From Ramazzottius varieornatus (taxonomy: Eukaryota > Animalia > Tardigrada): 64,000 nucleotides of DNA. Below the pieces are notes generated by a model that was not told where the DNA came from, searched no databases, and saw nothing but the letters and a program-made list of their open reading frames with translations. The stretch is from NCBI GenBank assembly GCA_001949185.1, contig BDGG01000002.1, positions 6,376,448 through 6,440,447 on the forward strand, read 5' to 3'. A program made the position numbers and the translations under genes. Shown piece by piece: positions 12,001 through 24,021 of this stretch (positions within the stretch are counted from its first letter, which is position 1; every line of letters starts with the position of its first letter).

Positions 12001-15000
12001 ACAGACGAAAAGAAGAAGTACGAACACCCTCCGCGCTGCGCCAACCGAAGTTTGTGAAAAAGAGTAAGTGAACATTAACGAAGCCTTGACCCGACTAGAT
12101 CATTTGCACGAGTATAGCCGACATGGAGATGAAAACAACCACCGCAAGTTAGTAAACGAAAACATATAAAGCAAAATTGCAAGAAGATGTTGTCTTACCT
12201 AGGACTTCGACGCCAATGGACAAACGATCCGCTCCGAACTCGTTCTCCACAACCAAGTCATAAGAACCTGCGTCCTTCTTGGTGACTTTCTTCACAGTTA
12301 TGCGAGTCTTGTTCTCGGTCGTCTCAGTCTGCACCATCTTGGATTCTTGAACCGGCTTGCCATCTTTGACCCACCTGGCTTCCACAGGAACGTCCGATTC
12401 AAATGGGACTTCCAACACCAGATTGTCGTTCTCCCGAACCTGCACAGGTTGCTTCACAGGCTTTCTGAGTTTTGGTGCTCTACGGACCTTTTTCGTCTTT
12501 GTGATGGTTTCCGTTCGCGTTCGGGTCTCAATCACTTCTACTACGACATCGACTTCCGCCTCTCCCGCTTGGTTCGACGCTGACACGGTATACGTACCGG
12601 CATCTTTTGTGGTCGCTTTGTCGACGGTCAAGATAGCTTTACCGGTGGTGAAGTCCATCTGGATTCGCTGATTTTGAACAACTTTTTCATCATCTTTGTA
12701 CCATTGGACATCGGGCTTTGGGGTGCCGGACACGGGAATTTCTAGACGAAGCTGCTCGTCGACTCCTACCTGTACGCCCTTGTTGTACTGTTCCGGCTTT
12801 TGGATGACTGGTTTACTGTGAACTTGATCCGTCTGGGTTTCTTGTGCTCCTGAAACGTTCAAAATGGATCAGTGTCATCCGTGACATTTGATCACACCAT
12901 GCAGCCGGGATGCTGCGATATGTAGTGCTGCCAGAGCGCTGATTTTCTTGGTTCGGACATCAATTATTTAATAATAATCAAAATTAAAAAACCGGGCACC
13001 AGCTCTAGTTCGGAGCCTGACAAACGACTTGCAATGATATTTATCTCAAGTGGCGCACGCTGTAGCAAACTACGATAAAAGAATGCGCCGCGTGAGCCAA
13101 CGATCGTCCCGCTTGTTTACACTCTCCCACACCCCACTTTCTTCCATTTGAAAAGCCAAATACGACACCAGGGTGTGAGTTAGTCGTACTTCAAAACTGA
13201 ATATTATGTATGGAAATCAACGTATTATAGCAGATAGACTTTCTGTATTTTGACCTTTTTCTACAGCCGCACGTCCGATCAGTGAATATATCTCATAGGC
13301 TCGTACAGCATGGTGTATACTTACGTATGACTCGAACCGGGATTCGTGCTTGGTCTCTTCCCAAGTCATTCTGGGCGAGGATTTGGTACACTCCCGTATG
13401 TTGTGCGCGAGCGTCCATGATCACCAGACGAATTACATCTTCTCTAGTCTCAATCGTGATGGTCTTTGTCTCTTCAATCACTTTGCCGTCCTTCATCCAT
13501 GTGATACGAGGAAGGGGCGTGCCGGTGTATGGAACTTCCAGAACGAGCGGCTGGTGTTCCTCCACCTGTGTCTCGCGGTTCTGATATTTCTTCGGCAAAA
13601 GCAGCTTTGGAGCTTCCGGTGGCATCTCCGTCATGACCGATGACTCGCGGTATTCCCGCTTGTCGACGACTTGTACGCCGATGTCGACCTTGTCAACACC
13701 GGCAAAGTTCTCGGCGATCAGTGTATAGCGGCCTGTGTCCTTCTTTGTGGTTTCGCGAACTGTGATTCTGGCGAGCTCATCAGTGGAATCTGTCTGGATG
13801 TGCTTGGACTCGGTCAAAGGTTTACCGTCTTTGAACCACGTGAAGTCGGGCTTCGGTGCTCCGGTAAAGGGGATCTCCAAGGTTAAGTCTTCTTCCTCTT
13901 TGACTGTGATCAGACGCTGATCTTTCGACGGACGCTGCAGCTTGGGCTCGGAGTAAGGAGCGGCGTCGGATCCTGTCAACGAAATATAAGCCGTTACAGT
14001 ATCCGCTTCTTATATCTTGTTTGATTTTACCTGTATCGACCATTTGCTTTGTCTTCGATTTGGATCGCCGAATAATTTTATGCTCAATGCGTGAGCTGAC
14101 TTCGCTGATCTCCGAGATTTCATCAAACTCCTCATCATCGGTTTCTCGGTGTTTGGTAGCGGCGGCGGGACGTTTAGCTGGCCGTTCGGTGCTTTTCTCT
14201 GTGCGTTCTTCCAGGTCCGCCATACGCTCAGCTCCGCTCTTTCTCGACGTAACCGTACGGCTGGTCTCCCTTCGAACAGTGGTCCCGCTTTCGTCCACCT
14301 CTTCCATAACGCTGACTTCTCGAATGGAATCCACATCGTCCATGGTCGATGCAATATCCGACATGGCTCGATCGGCTACCTTCTTCACTTGGCGACGCTG
14401 AAAATTATCCTCATCTTCTTGGAGGGCGTGTTTCTTTGCCAAGAACTGCTTGACTTCATTGGTTTCGTCCACCTGCGTTGCGATTCTGTGTCCTTCTGGC
14501 ATATGGTGGGGAGCGAACTGGTCCGCTGTCTCTGATGGTACTACGGGTTCGCTTTCCTTGCTAGGCACGCCTTCGCCCGCCAAATTCACCGCTATGATTC
14601 TGAATATGTACTCAAAGCCCACAACCAGGTCTGTGACCATGAAGACTGTATTCGTCACAGGCTCGTGCGTAATCTTCATGAAACGGTTACTATCGACGTA
14701 TCTCCGTTCGATGTAGTACCCAGTCACCGGATTTCCACCATCGTCCGCTGGTGGCTCCCACGAAAGAATGGCCGACGTCTTTCGTATATCAGTCACCTGA
14801 AAGATACGTCGAATATTACGTAACCACCCTACTTGGCTTTGTGGTTCAACTGCTTTTTAGCCACTCAGCATCACTTACTTCCGGTGCGCCACATGGTCCG
14901 GGCTGGTTGAACGGCCATCTCGCAGGGACGGGTTCGTCGGTCTCGGTAGCTGGACCTACGCCATAACGGTTCTCGGCTTTCACTGAAAAGTAGTACTCTT

Positions 15001-18000
15001 GACCTTCCAGCAGGTTGTCCGCCACGATTTCCAAGTCGGCAGTTTCGCCGGCATGCTGCCACAGTTTTCGACCACTGAGCTTCTTCTCGACGATGTAGTT
15101 CAGGACAGGTCCTCCACCGGGTTGGTCAGGAGCTTCCCATGTGAGCTTAATGGACTCTGGACTGCTACCAATTGCCTTGATGTTCTTCGGGGCAGATGGC
15201 GCGTCGAGGATTTTGACGTTGATGTGGGCTTCAAGACGTCCGGTGTTGTTCTCGAGAGTCAGTGAATAGACACCGGCATCCTCCACGCTCATCTGCTTGA
15301 TGTTGAGCGATGTCTCGTTACCGACCGTGTCGATTCTGATCCTGGGAGACTCTTTGATTGGCTGGTCGTTGAACTTCCATATGGCGACAGGCATTGGGTT
15401 GCCGAAAAATGGAATGTTAATGTGGAGCGAGCGGCCCTTCTCCACCTGGATAGTGTCTTCCTGCACTACTGCACCAGGCATACCTGCGGAAAAAAGCGTG
15501 AGGGTGACTGAATTCTGAGACCGCCTCGGCGCACTGTATTGGTTTTCCTGTTCTTACAATTTCATTTTTGATCTTCTTCACGCCTTATTTGGATACTAGT
15601 AGATTTCTACGCATTTGCATCACAATGCCATTTTTTCGGTTGCGTCAAGATTCCAGTCTGAACATTTTTCTACATTTCTCAACATCTTAGACACCAGAAG
15701 CACAGTATATACCGGTAAGGTCTCCGTTGGTCTTGACGAACTCGGAAGAGAAGTCGCTCTCCATGCTCATATGACTGTCCGCTCTTCTGCCATACGGAGC
15801 TGTTATTTTTCTTTCCAATGCGGTATCTGATTGGACATCATCAAAACTTCTCTTCTCCGATCCCAAACGAACAGACTCACGGTCAGCAGACACCCTGCTC
15901 ATCTCAAACTTGAATCGCTGTTCATGAATCTGTCTTTCCAGACTCTCCTCCAACGCCATCTTCTTTTCAAATTCCTCCAGCTGAGTGAAAGCACTGGGAC
16001 GGTTGCTTCGGCTGAGCGATCTTGTCCTTCGCTCTTCACTTCTTCTTTGGATTCGTTCTTCTACGGTCTCCCGATCTTTTGCGCCTGGGCTTAGTTCCTT
16101 TTGCAGCGAGATGCTTCGACTGTCCGGAGACCGTTCACCATTCAGTCTCCTCTCTGCCATTCGACGTGCCACGCTGGACTCCCGAGAAAACGTCCTTTCC
16201 ATCAACGAGTCTTGGCGGGCGAAGACATCGTCAACGTCACGGTTGGACATTTGGCTGATCGAACGCTCCATGGAAGGTCTGTATGACCGACTTGATCCAT
16301 CCTCATCCTCGGCAACACTCCAGGCTCGTGTCTTGACAGGCTTGCTGGGTTGACTTGGGTTGCTTTCACCGGCCTTATTGATGGCTCGCACACGGAACTC
16401 GTATTCCGTGGAGGAAAGAAGGTCGGGTACGACGAACTCGTTATTAGAAATTGCATCAGTGGTGACTTTCACCCAGTGAGGGCTGATGGAGTTGCGTCGC
16501 TCCAGAAGGTAGCCGGTAATGGGAGACCCACCATCGGACTCTGGTTTATTCCAAGACACGGTACATGTACGGTTCACTACGTTGAACACCATAGGTGTAT
16601 CCGGTGCACCGGGCGGATCTGTATAACAAGGCAATATTCGTTTACCGGACTTAAAATAAGCTAAATAATAAGTTGGTGTTTGCGAAACTAGAACGTTCAA
16701 GTCAAGCCAGTGAGGCGCCACCTACCGAAGGTGAACTGCGCTACTACGGGTTGCTCAAGTTCCGCTCCTTCTCCTTCTCCATTGATATTTTCCGCGGTAA
16801 CCTAACAAAAACAACAGACATGAGCACGCGGTACATCTCTGGGTACAGATCTTCGAGGTCCAAAACGTTCTACCTTGAACTCGTAGGTTTGGTCTTCCAG
16901 AAGGTTTTCCGCCTCGAACTCGGTATTCTTGGTGGTGCCAACACGTTGCCACGTTTTCCGTCCCATGCCTCTTCGTTCAATGTTGTACCTAAGGATAGGA
17001 TGGCCACCGTCGCTCAGCGGTCTGTCCCACTTCAGCACACAAGTATCGGGTGTGATGTCGGATGCCTTGAAGTTCCGTGGGGCATCCGGCACGCTTTGGA
17101 CTTGGACGACGATGTCGACCTTGTCAATACCAGCCTCATTTTCCGCCTGCGACATTTATTCAAATGAGGCAATAACAAACAGGTTGGTTTTTACACATTT
17201 AACATACCTTCACAGAGTAAGTTCCAGAATCTTCCGGGCGGATATCAAATACGGTCAAAGTAGCAACGCTATCCTTGTCCTCCGTTCTGATATGAGCTGA
17301 CGAAATCAGCCCACGTCCGTCTTTCTTGAAGTCGATTGTTGGATGAGGTCTTCCATCATATGGGATTTCGATCTTTAAAGTCTCGTTTGGTCGAACCCGG
17401 AAAGCTTCATCGTCGATCGCTGAGAAATGAAGTTTTGGTGGGATCATATCGCCCCGGCGTTTCGGCATCTCTTCATCCATCTCCGTGTCATGATGCCTCT
17501 TCCGCTCGTCAGAGTGGCCAACGTCCATGGGTTCATCTTCTTCATGGGTTCGACCAAGAACATCCTCATGTCTAGTAGGAACCCGTCGATCATGCTTCAA
17601 GTCTTCGTCACGGAAGTCTTCGTCGTTCGCGACCTCTGACGTAATAGACTCCACATCCATCACTGACTGCGTTCGTCGGTGCAAGAACTCCCAATTATGC
17701 TCATCAATAATTTCAGTCGGGAAAGCTCCTCGAACCATAAGTTCGGGATGATATCTGACCGTCCCGTTCTTGTTCTTTGCCTGTAAGCAAAACCTGCTAG
17801 GTTTTTACTCGACCTTAAAATTAATGAGTATTCCTCACCTGGCACGTATATAAGCCTCTGTCTTCCGGCATGACATCATTGATGATAAGGGTGTGTATCT
17901 GACCGTCCACCCTAATCTCGTACTTGTCTCCCTTCAGTAGCTCCACATCCTCCTTCCACCAGGTAACTTCCGGTGTCGGAACACCACAAACACGGCAGTC

Positions 18001-21000
18001 GAACCTCACTGTTTCTCCCACTACAGACGAGAAAAAAACCGCTCCTTATCTTCAAAATGATGCATGTTTACGGAAGAGTTGTGCTCACCGACACAAGATA
18101 TTCTTTCGGTTGATTTTCTCATGTAAGGTAGCGTAGTGTGGTCTTCGAACTCGGGAGCTGTGAAATACGACGAAGTGGAGAGGCTTTTTTCAGAATCCAA
18201 CGAGAAATACTCATCTGAACATCAGATGCAAAAGGACTACTATTCGGGCTGGCTGGACATGAGAGGTTACGGCGACAAAGAAGGCAGCGAGAGATTTACA
18301 GACGGGACAGAAGAAACAAGGAAGAAGAAGCACGGATACGAAACCGCACGCAAGCGAGACGGGAACACATCAGCCTATGGTATAAAACAACGTGACTGAC
18401 CTTCAGAGATGCTCTTCAGTTCTCGGTACTGTTCCTCCCGTGTAAGTTGTTCTGTCATGACCCTCAGGTATCTTCCCTGCATGTCCTGAACCATCTCTTC
18501 CATACTTTGCGTTTGGGTTTTCTCTGTTCTCATGGCACGACTGACATCGACAGCTCGAGAACGATCTCCCATTGCAAAATCCTCGGTATCGGTTCGTGCC
18601 AAGTTGCTGACTGATGAGCGATCTGGATCGTCGATATCGATGGCGGGTAATCCAGCTGGAAGTACTTGTGTCATTCCATGAACTGATTTTGGGAACAAAC
18701 GGACATAACGGTACTGCATATGAGAGCTGGGCAACCGAAACATGCAAGAACGCTATCTTGAGTGGCGTACCCATCCAGCTGATAACAATGAAAAAGACGC
18801 CACTTGAGATAACGATCTTGCACAGTATGTTTTGTTTGCCTTGGCCCCATAATCTATGAACCCGGTTGAAACGTCATTTTGTGATAGTTTTGTCAATCAT
18901 TTCCATTTTTAACTGTGTCCTCAGAATCACAGTTAAAAGTTTTAGATCGTTTCGAACTTACATAAGCCGCCTTTGATCAGACTTCGGATTTCGGCGACCC
19001 AGGCCGCCTTGGTACTTGCGGACTTTGTCTGAAAGGTTACGCCGCCAGCAGAGCCAGATTTGTCGGCTAAGGAGAAGACACGCTCATCCTCGTCGTCTCT
19101 TATATCGATGTTGGCGAGCTATCAAAATTTCCAATTCAGCATCTTTCAGTGCTGTAATAGTTCACTTCTAAGGTTCACAGACTTGAGTCCTACAGAACGT
19201 ACCTGGATAACTCCCTTGTTGTTAAACTGAGGTGGCGCGCCCATTGCGGATTCCGCACGAACCATTTTCGTCACCAGTATCCTATCCTTAAACAAGAACA
19301 AGTGACGATCCTTGCCCTTCTTCTTTGGATCTGCCTCTTCCCAGATTACTACAGCGTCCTTTATAAAGAAATAAGCGAGAATTGACACAAATCTTCGGTT
19401 ATTGAAGAACATGCGTATTTTACATTCTTGATGATACGGCCGAGCTTGTGGATATTCCCACGATATCCTTTGATAGCTTTGAGCAATTCAATATCTTGAG
19501 CGCGATGAGGTACTCCTAGTAGCATATCCAGAGCTTTCTGGAGACCCTTGACGTCCTGCTTGGCCCGTGCAGCGTACTTGATTAGTTCCTTGATAAATTC
19601 CTGATATTCCGCAACACGCTTTACGGGCAGCTGTAGCAGGTCTGAGATGGTCTGTTCGGCATCATCAAAATTCTCGAAAGGCGTAATTTTCTGAAGACCA
19701 CGAAGCATGCTTGCGAAAACCGATTCTCGCTGAAAATCAAACTTGTTCTTTTCTACTTACTCCAAGGAACTCCAACAGCTCTGGTGATTCGGAAAGTAAC
19801 TTTTGGGCTTCCGGTTCGTCCCGACAGAAAGCTGTGAGTTTGTCGAAATCCCGCTCCTGAAAAGTTGGACGGTATTACGGTGACATTTTGCCAATCTAGT
19901 TAGGCTTCCAAAAGGTCAACACAGCTAGATCAAACGATGTGATTATCGTGTGGAGAAGGCGAGCTGTTAATCAGAAGGCCGGGTTGACTCTCGACTATTC
20001 TCACCAGCCGAAGAAATGTCTTCTCCAAGTACTTCGGCTCGTCGATGCAAAATTCCAGTCCAGGGAGCAGGACCCTGAAAGATTCCATCACATCCGAATT
20101 ATTTATAGGTATGAGAACATTTTGACTTTTAAACCGCGGTGATATAACCGCTTTGCATTACGCAAATATTAACATTATACAAAGCACAGCTCGGCGAGCC
20201 CTTTGAAATTGATAGGTCAGCATTTCGGTACTCACGTTTCGTGAAACGTGCAGAGCTCCTTCCAGTTGAGAAAAATCTCGCTTTCCCCGCGGAGGTTCTC
20301 CGGTACCGACGGCTGATCAAGCGCCTTGATGTAGGTATCCATCACATATCGCAGCTTTTGCACATACTGTCGCTCACTCTCCACGATATCTTTGATCACC
20401 AAACTAAAATCGAGAAAAAAATTAACGGTACGCATATGAGTGACTTGAGATTTGGAAAGTGAAAAACGAGTTGAAATTTTCCTTACTCTCGTTTGCTCAT
20501 GGCCTCAGCCTCGCGATCCTTCTTGCTGCCGGCTGAAGCGCTGCCTTCCGTTACCGGCAGTTCTCGGGTTTTCTTCCGGCCTTCCCCGAATGCTTTCTTC
20601 TCCAGGTAAAGCGCCGGAATCCAACCTTGTCTCGTTGGAAGGAGACGATGAGGTCGGGTTCGCACCAAGAACTTTTTGGGATCAGAGCTGTCAACAACTT
20701 CGACAATCTGCCCCTCAATCACACCCAAACCATCGGATTCGTCTGATCCAGGTGTATAATCAGCAATGGCTACATAAAGATCCACATTCTGCAAACCATC
20801 ACGAATGAAAACCAACAAAAAAGCTTTCGGTAACCGAAGGTGGAAGTTCTAATAGATGAGTGCTGGGCGAACAAAACGTACAAGACCGCCGTTCCAAGTC
20901 GCGCACACTTTCATGGTTACTGGCTGGACGGGTGCGTCACTCAAGACTGCGATCTTGTACGTTTTGTTTACTCAGATCACAAATTCATTGTACAACCGGT

Positions 21001-21166
21001 AAAGTTTAGGTTCACTTGCCTCTTCTGATTCTTCGCGTTCACGGTGACGAACGCGCGACGCATGTGTGTCCAGTTGCTTTGTGGACGGAACCTCGCTGGC
21101 CTCACTTCGGTCCTCGGAGAACCGGTAGCGAGAGGATCGCGGCACACTTCGCGGACTTTGGTCCAT
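1..21166 (-). CDS. Giant obscurin/UNC-89-like and titin-like muscle protein (SH3-DH-PH, then Ig/FN3 modules, long PEVK-like region, FN3 array); 3' end outside the window
   Basis: Hand-spliced with phase-compatible junctions from a putative ATG at 21166 (MDQSPRS...) through ~31 exons to position 1, ~15.7 kb coding. SH3 (LYVAIADY...GWIPALYL), DH (VIKDIVESERQYVQKL...QLPVKRVAEYQEFIKELIK), PH (LGRIIK...RHLFLFKDRILVTK...KAAWVAEIR), I-set Ig (GVPTPEVTWWKE...DRGLYTC), FN3 (LSWEPPADDGGNPVTGYYIERR...YIFRIIAVN). The start exon is tentative. Confidence 0.9.
1207..1354. mobile_element. Short TA-flanked inverted-repeat element (MITE-like) in an intron
   Basis: catacgaggaacgcattcctgcaggg (1207-1232) pairs imperfectly with ccctgcagggatgcatttcctgcattg (1328-1354); TA on both sides. 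Confidence 0.55.
3439..4249. mobile_element. Non-autonomous TIR element (~810 bp) in an intron of the giant gene
   Basis: ~56-bp TIRs: agaggttgatacggcgctcgagcagagcaagaaatcggattagcgtagg... vs reverse complement of the right end agaggttgatacggaactctagcagcgcaagaaatccgagtagcgtaag...; internal aactgtg(a/g)cttt-type repeats; no clear TSD. Confidence 0.8.
5787..11238 (-). repeat. Low-complexity PEVK-like (E/T/K/V/P-rich) coding region with internal peptide repeats, including a 3.2 kb exon
   Basis: Repeats DEEA(V/L)SEYIEEVTTTTT..TKTVKQQP x3 (~9830-10510), acidic (E/D)DFW-containing ~100-aa units (~8290-9300), EEE(C/Y)SEIVEI.TKKTTTT x2 (5960-6320). Confidence 0.85.
13021..13118. repeat. Intronic palindromic family, copy 1 (degenerate)
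   Basis: caaacga...ttatctcaagtggcgcacg ... tgcgccgcgtgagccaacgatc; matches the family arm. Confidence 0.6.
18730..18840. repeat. Intronic palindromic family, copy 2
   Basis: ggcaaccgaaacatgcaagaacgctatcttgagtggcgt / acgccacttgagataacgatcttgcacagtatgttttgtttgcc; loop contains cagctgataacaatg. Confidence 0.8.
18962..20403 (-). other. RhoGEF DH-PH module of the giant muscle gene (6 exons)
   Basis: DH CR1 (IKDIVESERQYVQKL), IFLNWKELCTFH, CR3 (LLQLPVKRVAEYQEFIKELIK), then PH ending in the C-terminal helix KAAWVAEIRSLI. Confidence 0.88.
20487..20788 (-). other. SH3 domain exon of the giant muscle gene
   Basis: NVDLYVAIADYTPGSDESDGLGVIEGQIVEVVD...QGWIPALYLEK matches the SH3 pattern (ALYDY, L..G..V.V, GWIP..YL) of Trio/obscurin-type SH3 domains. 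Confidence 0.85.
20863..20975. repeat. Intronic palindromic family, copy 3
   Basis: ctgggcgaacaaaacgtacaagaccgccgttccaagtcgcgcac / gtgcgtcactcaagactgcgatcttgtacgttttgtttactcag; loop is in the opposite orientation to copy 2. Confidence 0.8.
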
Positions 21167-23742
21167 ATTAGCGTGTGTGTTTGTGATGACAGGACAAATT
21201 TCAGCAGACTTTAAGACTCCCCACGGATAAATAAACAAACGAAGGCATCAGTATCATCCATGAGGTCAGTCAGCCAGCGAAGACCATACACGCCGGACTC
21301 GGTTTCACAATCAGAACGTAATTAAATTCCAGCCAGTGCTTAATGCATTACATAACAGACTTTTCCGTTCTGTTGACGGAAGACGCAAGAACGATGCAGC
21401 GATCGAACAAGGAAGAAGACGGTTCGTTATGCTACACAGTTGGACTCACTTTTCATCACACTAACATCCATGCCAAAGCGTCCAACGCACAAAGCGTCTT
21501 TGCATGCAAAACAGCATCAGTCGGTCCTCCATAACCATGAGCAATCTGTCAACTCGGTGAGTAATTTCTGTAACTATTGGATGCTAGTCCCGTGCGCGAT
21601 CTTTCCACTCGCCGTAATAGGAGATTATGGGATCCTGGTCATCAAAATATCATCCCTGAACATTGGATAAAACGGCAAGAAAATATATCGGGAGAACGCA
21701 ACAGTTTCAACTGCTGGAAGACCAACCTTCAAGTTTGTCTAGATGACATTCGGGGCGAAAGCTCTTACTACACCCATAAGACGGCTGAATGTCGGCCATA
21801 TCATGTTCACCAGTTCAAGTCGCTGCAAGATGTCTAGCAGAAACCTTATAAGGCGCTTCTTTTTATAGAGAGCGAGGCAAAGACGCTCCACTGTACCATT
21901 AGCTCTTTCGGTAAGAACATTACATCTTATGAACTTGGTTCTCTCGGTACCGAAATAGCTCCTTGGAGTCATTCTAACGTACAAACACAGGAGCGGGGCA
22001 AAGACAGCAACGTGGTTGCAGCATGTTCGGCACCTAAAGTGTGCGTACTCTACGAAGACCCAACGCAAACACTGCCTCGCGCTCGTTCCTCCAAACCCAA
22101 CGCAATTTGTCTTCTATCCTACCTTTGCCATGCATCAAAGAGGATGGACGCTGAGTACACGAAGACAGCCGCCCACGTGTGTGGTGTTTTTCCCCAGCAC
22201 AAGCCTACGCTCAAGTCTAAGTTAAGACAGAATGGTCCGTGCCTAACGAGCTCACATGTATCACCGGCAAGCCTGAGACGATCAACGAGTGTGCGAATGT
22301 GAACTCGGCGTACAGCTCCGCGGAATCGCTTTCCACCTGGTGTCGGCAATATCGGTAGCAATAGCATACATGAGAAAGAGATGCGAACTGTCTTTTGAAT
22401 CCCGATGATTGCATTTTAGCAACACAAACACTAAGAGGGCGAAATTACGAACTACCATACTGATTGTGCTCTACAAACGGACACATTTCTACCGAGGAAG
22501 CGTCAGATTTGCAGTTCGGCCTTCGAAGATTAGAAAACATGTCACGATATGAAGCCGAGTGGCACTTACTGATGCAATGTCCAGCCTGGCTCATTATGCG
22601 GAGAGCTCTTCTTCTTCTTTCCGGAACGCGGTGGACCAAAAGCTTTCTTCGCCGCGCTCAAAAGTTGTTTGAAAGGTTAACTATTTGCGGAGATGTGGTT
22701 CGTCTCGGCCTTTGATGCGGGCAGAGAAGGCTTGGATGAGCAACAAATCGAACTGGAGCGTGTCCAGATTGACAATCTCCGTGAAACATGTTGCTGGCTG
22801 AGAGGCGTGTTTTTTCTCTACATTCCAGTGGCGCAGTCTTGCAGACGAAGGCCTCGAACCTGTCAGTGGTTTGTGACGCGCTACTCGACTTACATTAAGC
22901 ATTCCAGCTGAGCGTTCCGAACTTCGAAGCCTGCAGATGACAGCTCCGTATCAAACATCATGGGATCCTCATTCATCAGAACTTCCGGCTAGACATTTGG
23001 TCTCAATCAGGTTTCCGGGTTTGCGTCGAGATTTCAACAACTATTAGCGAAACCGCATGGCGAAGCCGGCAGTCGAAGAATGGTTAGTTCTGCAATAGGT
23101 ATCACGTACATCCATATGTGCATGTTCACTTCCGGTTAGGCCCACCTAGCTTACAAGACTATGAGGTCCGACATCCTGCGACTGTCAGGACTTACCGGTG
23201 AACCGCCAGTCAGCCAAGAATCACTAAGACGTTTGAGAAGATCGAGATAGTCCACCTTCGGACTGTACAGTACCGGATAGAAGCCAGAAGATGTCAAAGA
23301 CGGCAAGCAAACAGGCGCAAGGTAGCTGCGATATCTTCCCGCCAGAGCGCCCGGGACAAAGGGTGAGTTTCAGCTCTCCACAGATTCTTCGATACGTTCA
23401 TCATGCAAAAGTCCAGTTTTGTAGGTCTACTAGGTGATGCTCCCATCGTAACTAGCTATCAAGGACGAGGATGGTTAAGATCGAGAAGATAACTGATGAG
23501 GGACTACAAAAAGTTGTCCCAACTCATAATCCGAAAACCCGAAATGAAAACGTCAACAAAAGGTTTCGTCCACCGGTCAAAATCTCGAAATAGCCCTTGA
23601 GAGTGCTGGGACAAGGCACAGGCTCGCCGGGCGTGCCGCACTCGAAGCACTCATGGTTGAGCCTTAAACCCTTTCCTCGTATAACCCTGGGCGGATGCAA
23701 CACCTAATGAGGGGCTGCGCAACTGCGGTACGTCCTTATTTT

Positions 23743-24021
23743 CAGCGGTGACGGGTGATTTATTCAGTGAATTATTCAGAACGCGGAGCGGCTTTGCATC
23801 CTCAAGCGCAGCTCAAATTTGGAACGGCAATCAGTCGATCAATACTTTTCATGTGAAAAACACTGTTAAGAATGTTGTTCGAACACTAAGTCTCTTGTTC
23901 AATGGAGGTAGAATTCGCACACTGAGGCACGATTGCCCCTCTCTACGGGTTCTTGACGGGTCGTAGGTGGCAGTTTTGTGATTTTCGATATTGGGGTGAA
24001 TAAATCACCCGTCCACCGCTG
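23743..24021. mobile_element. hAT-type MITE (279 bp)
   Basis: TIR cagcggtg(g)acgggtgatttattca at both ends; 8-bp TSD cttatttt / cttacttt (7/8). Homologous, in opposite orientation, to the element starting at 39874. Confidence 0.85.

Noticed and set aside
21700-23650. ORF fragments suggesting a decayed gene or retroelement
   Set aside because: No recognisable motif, terminal repeats or consistent splice chain.
23667-23680. ttaaaccctttcc as a possible piggyBac-like terminus
   Set aside because: No matching opposite end found nearby.
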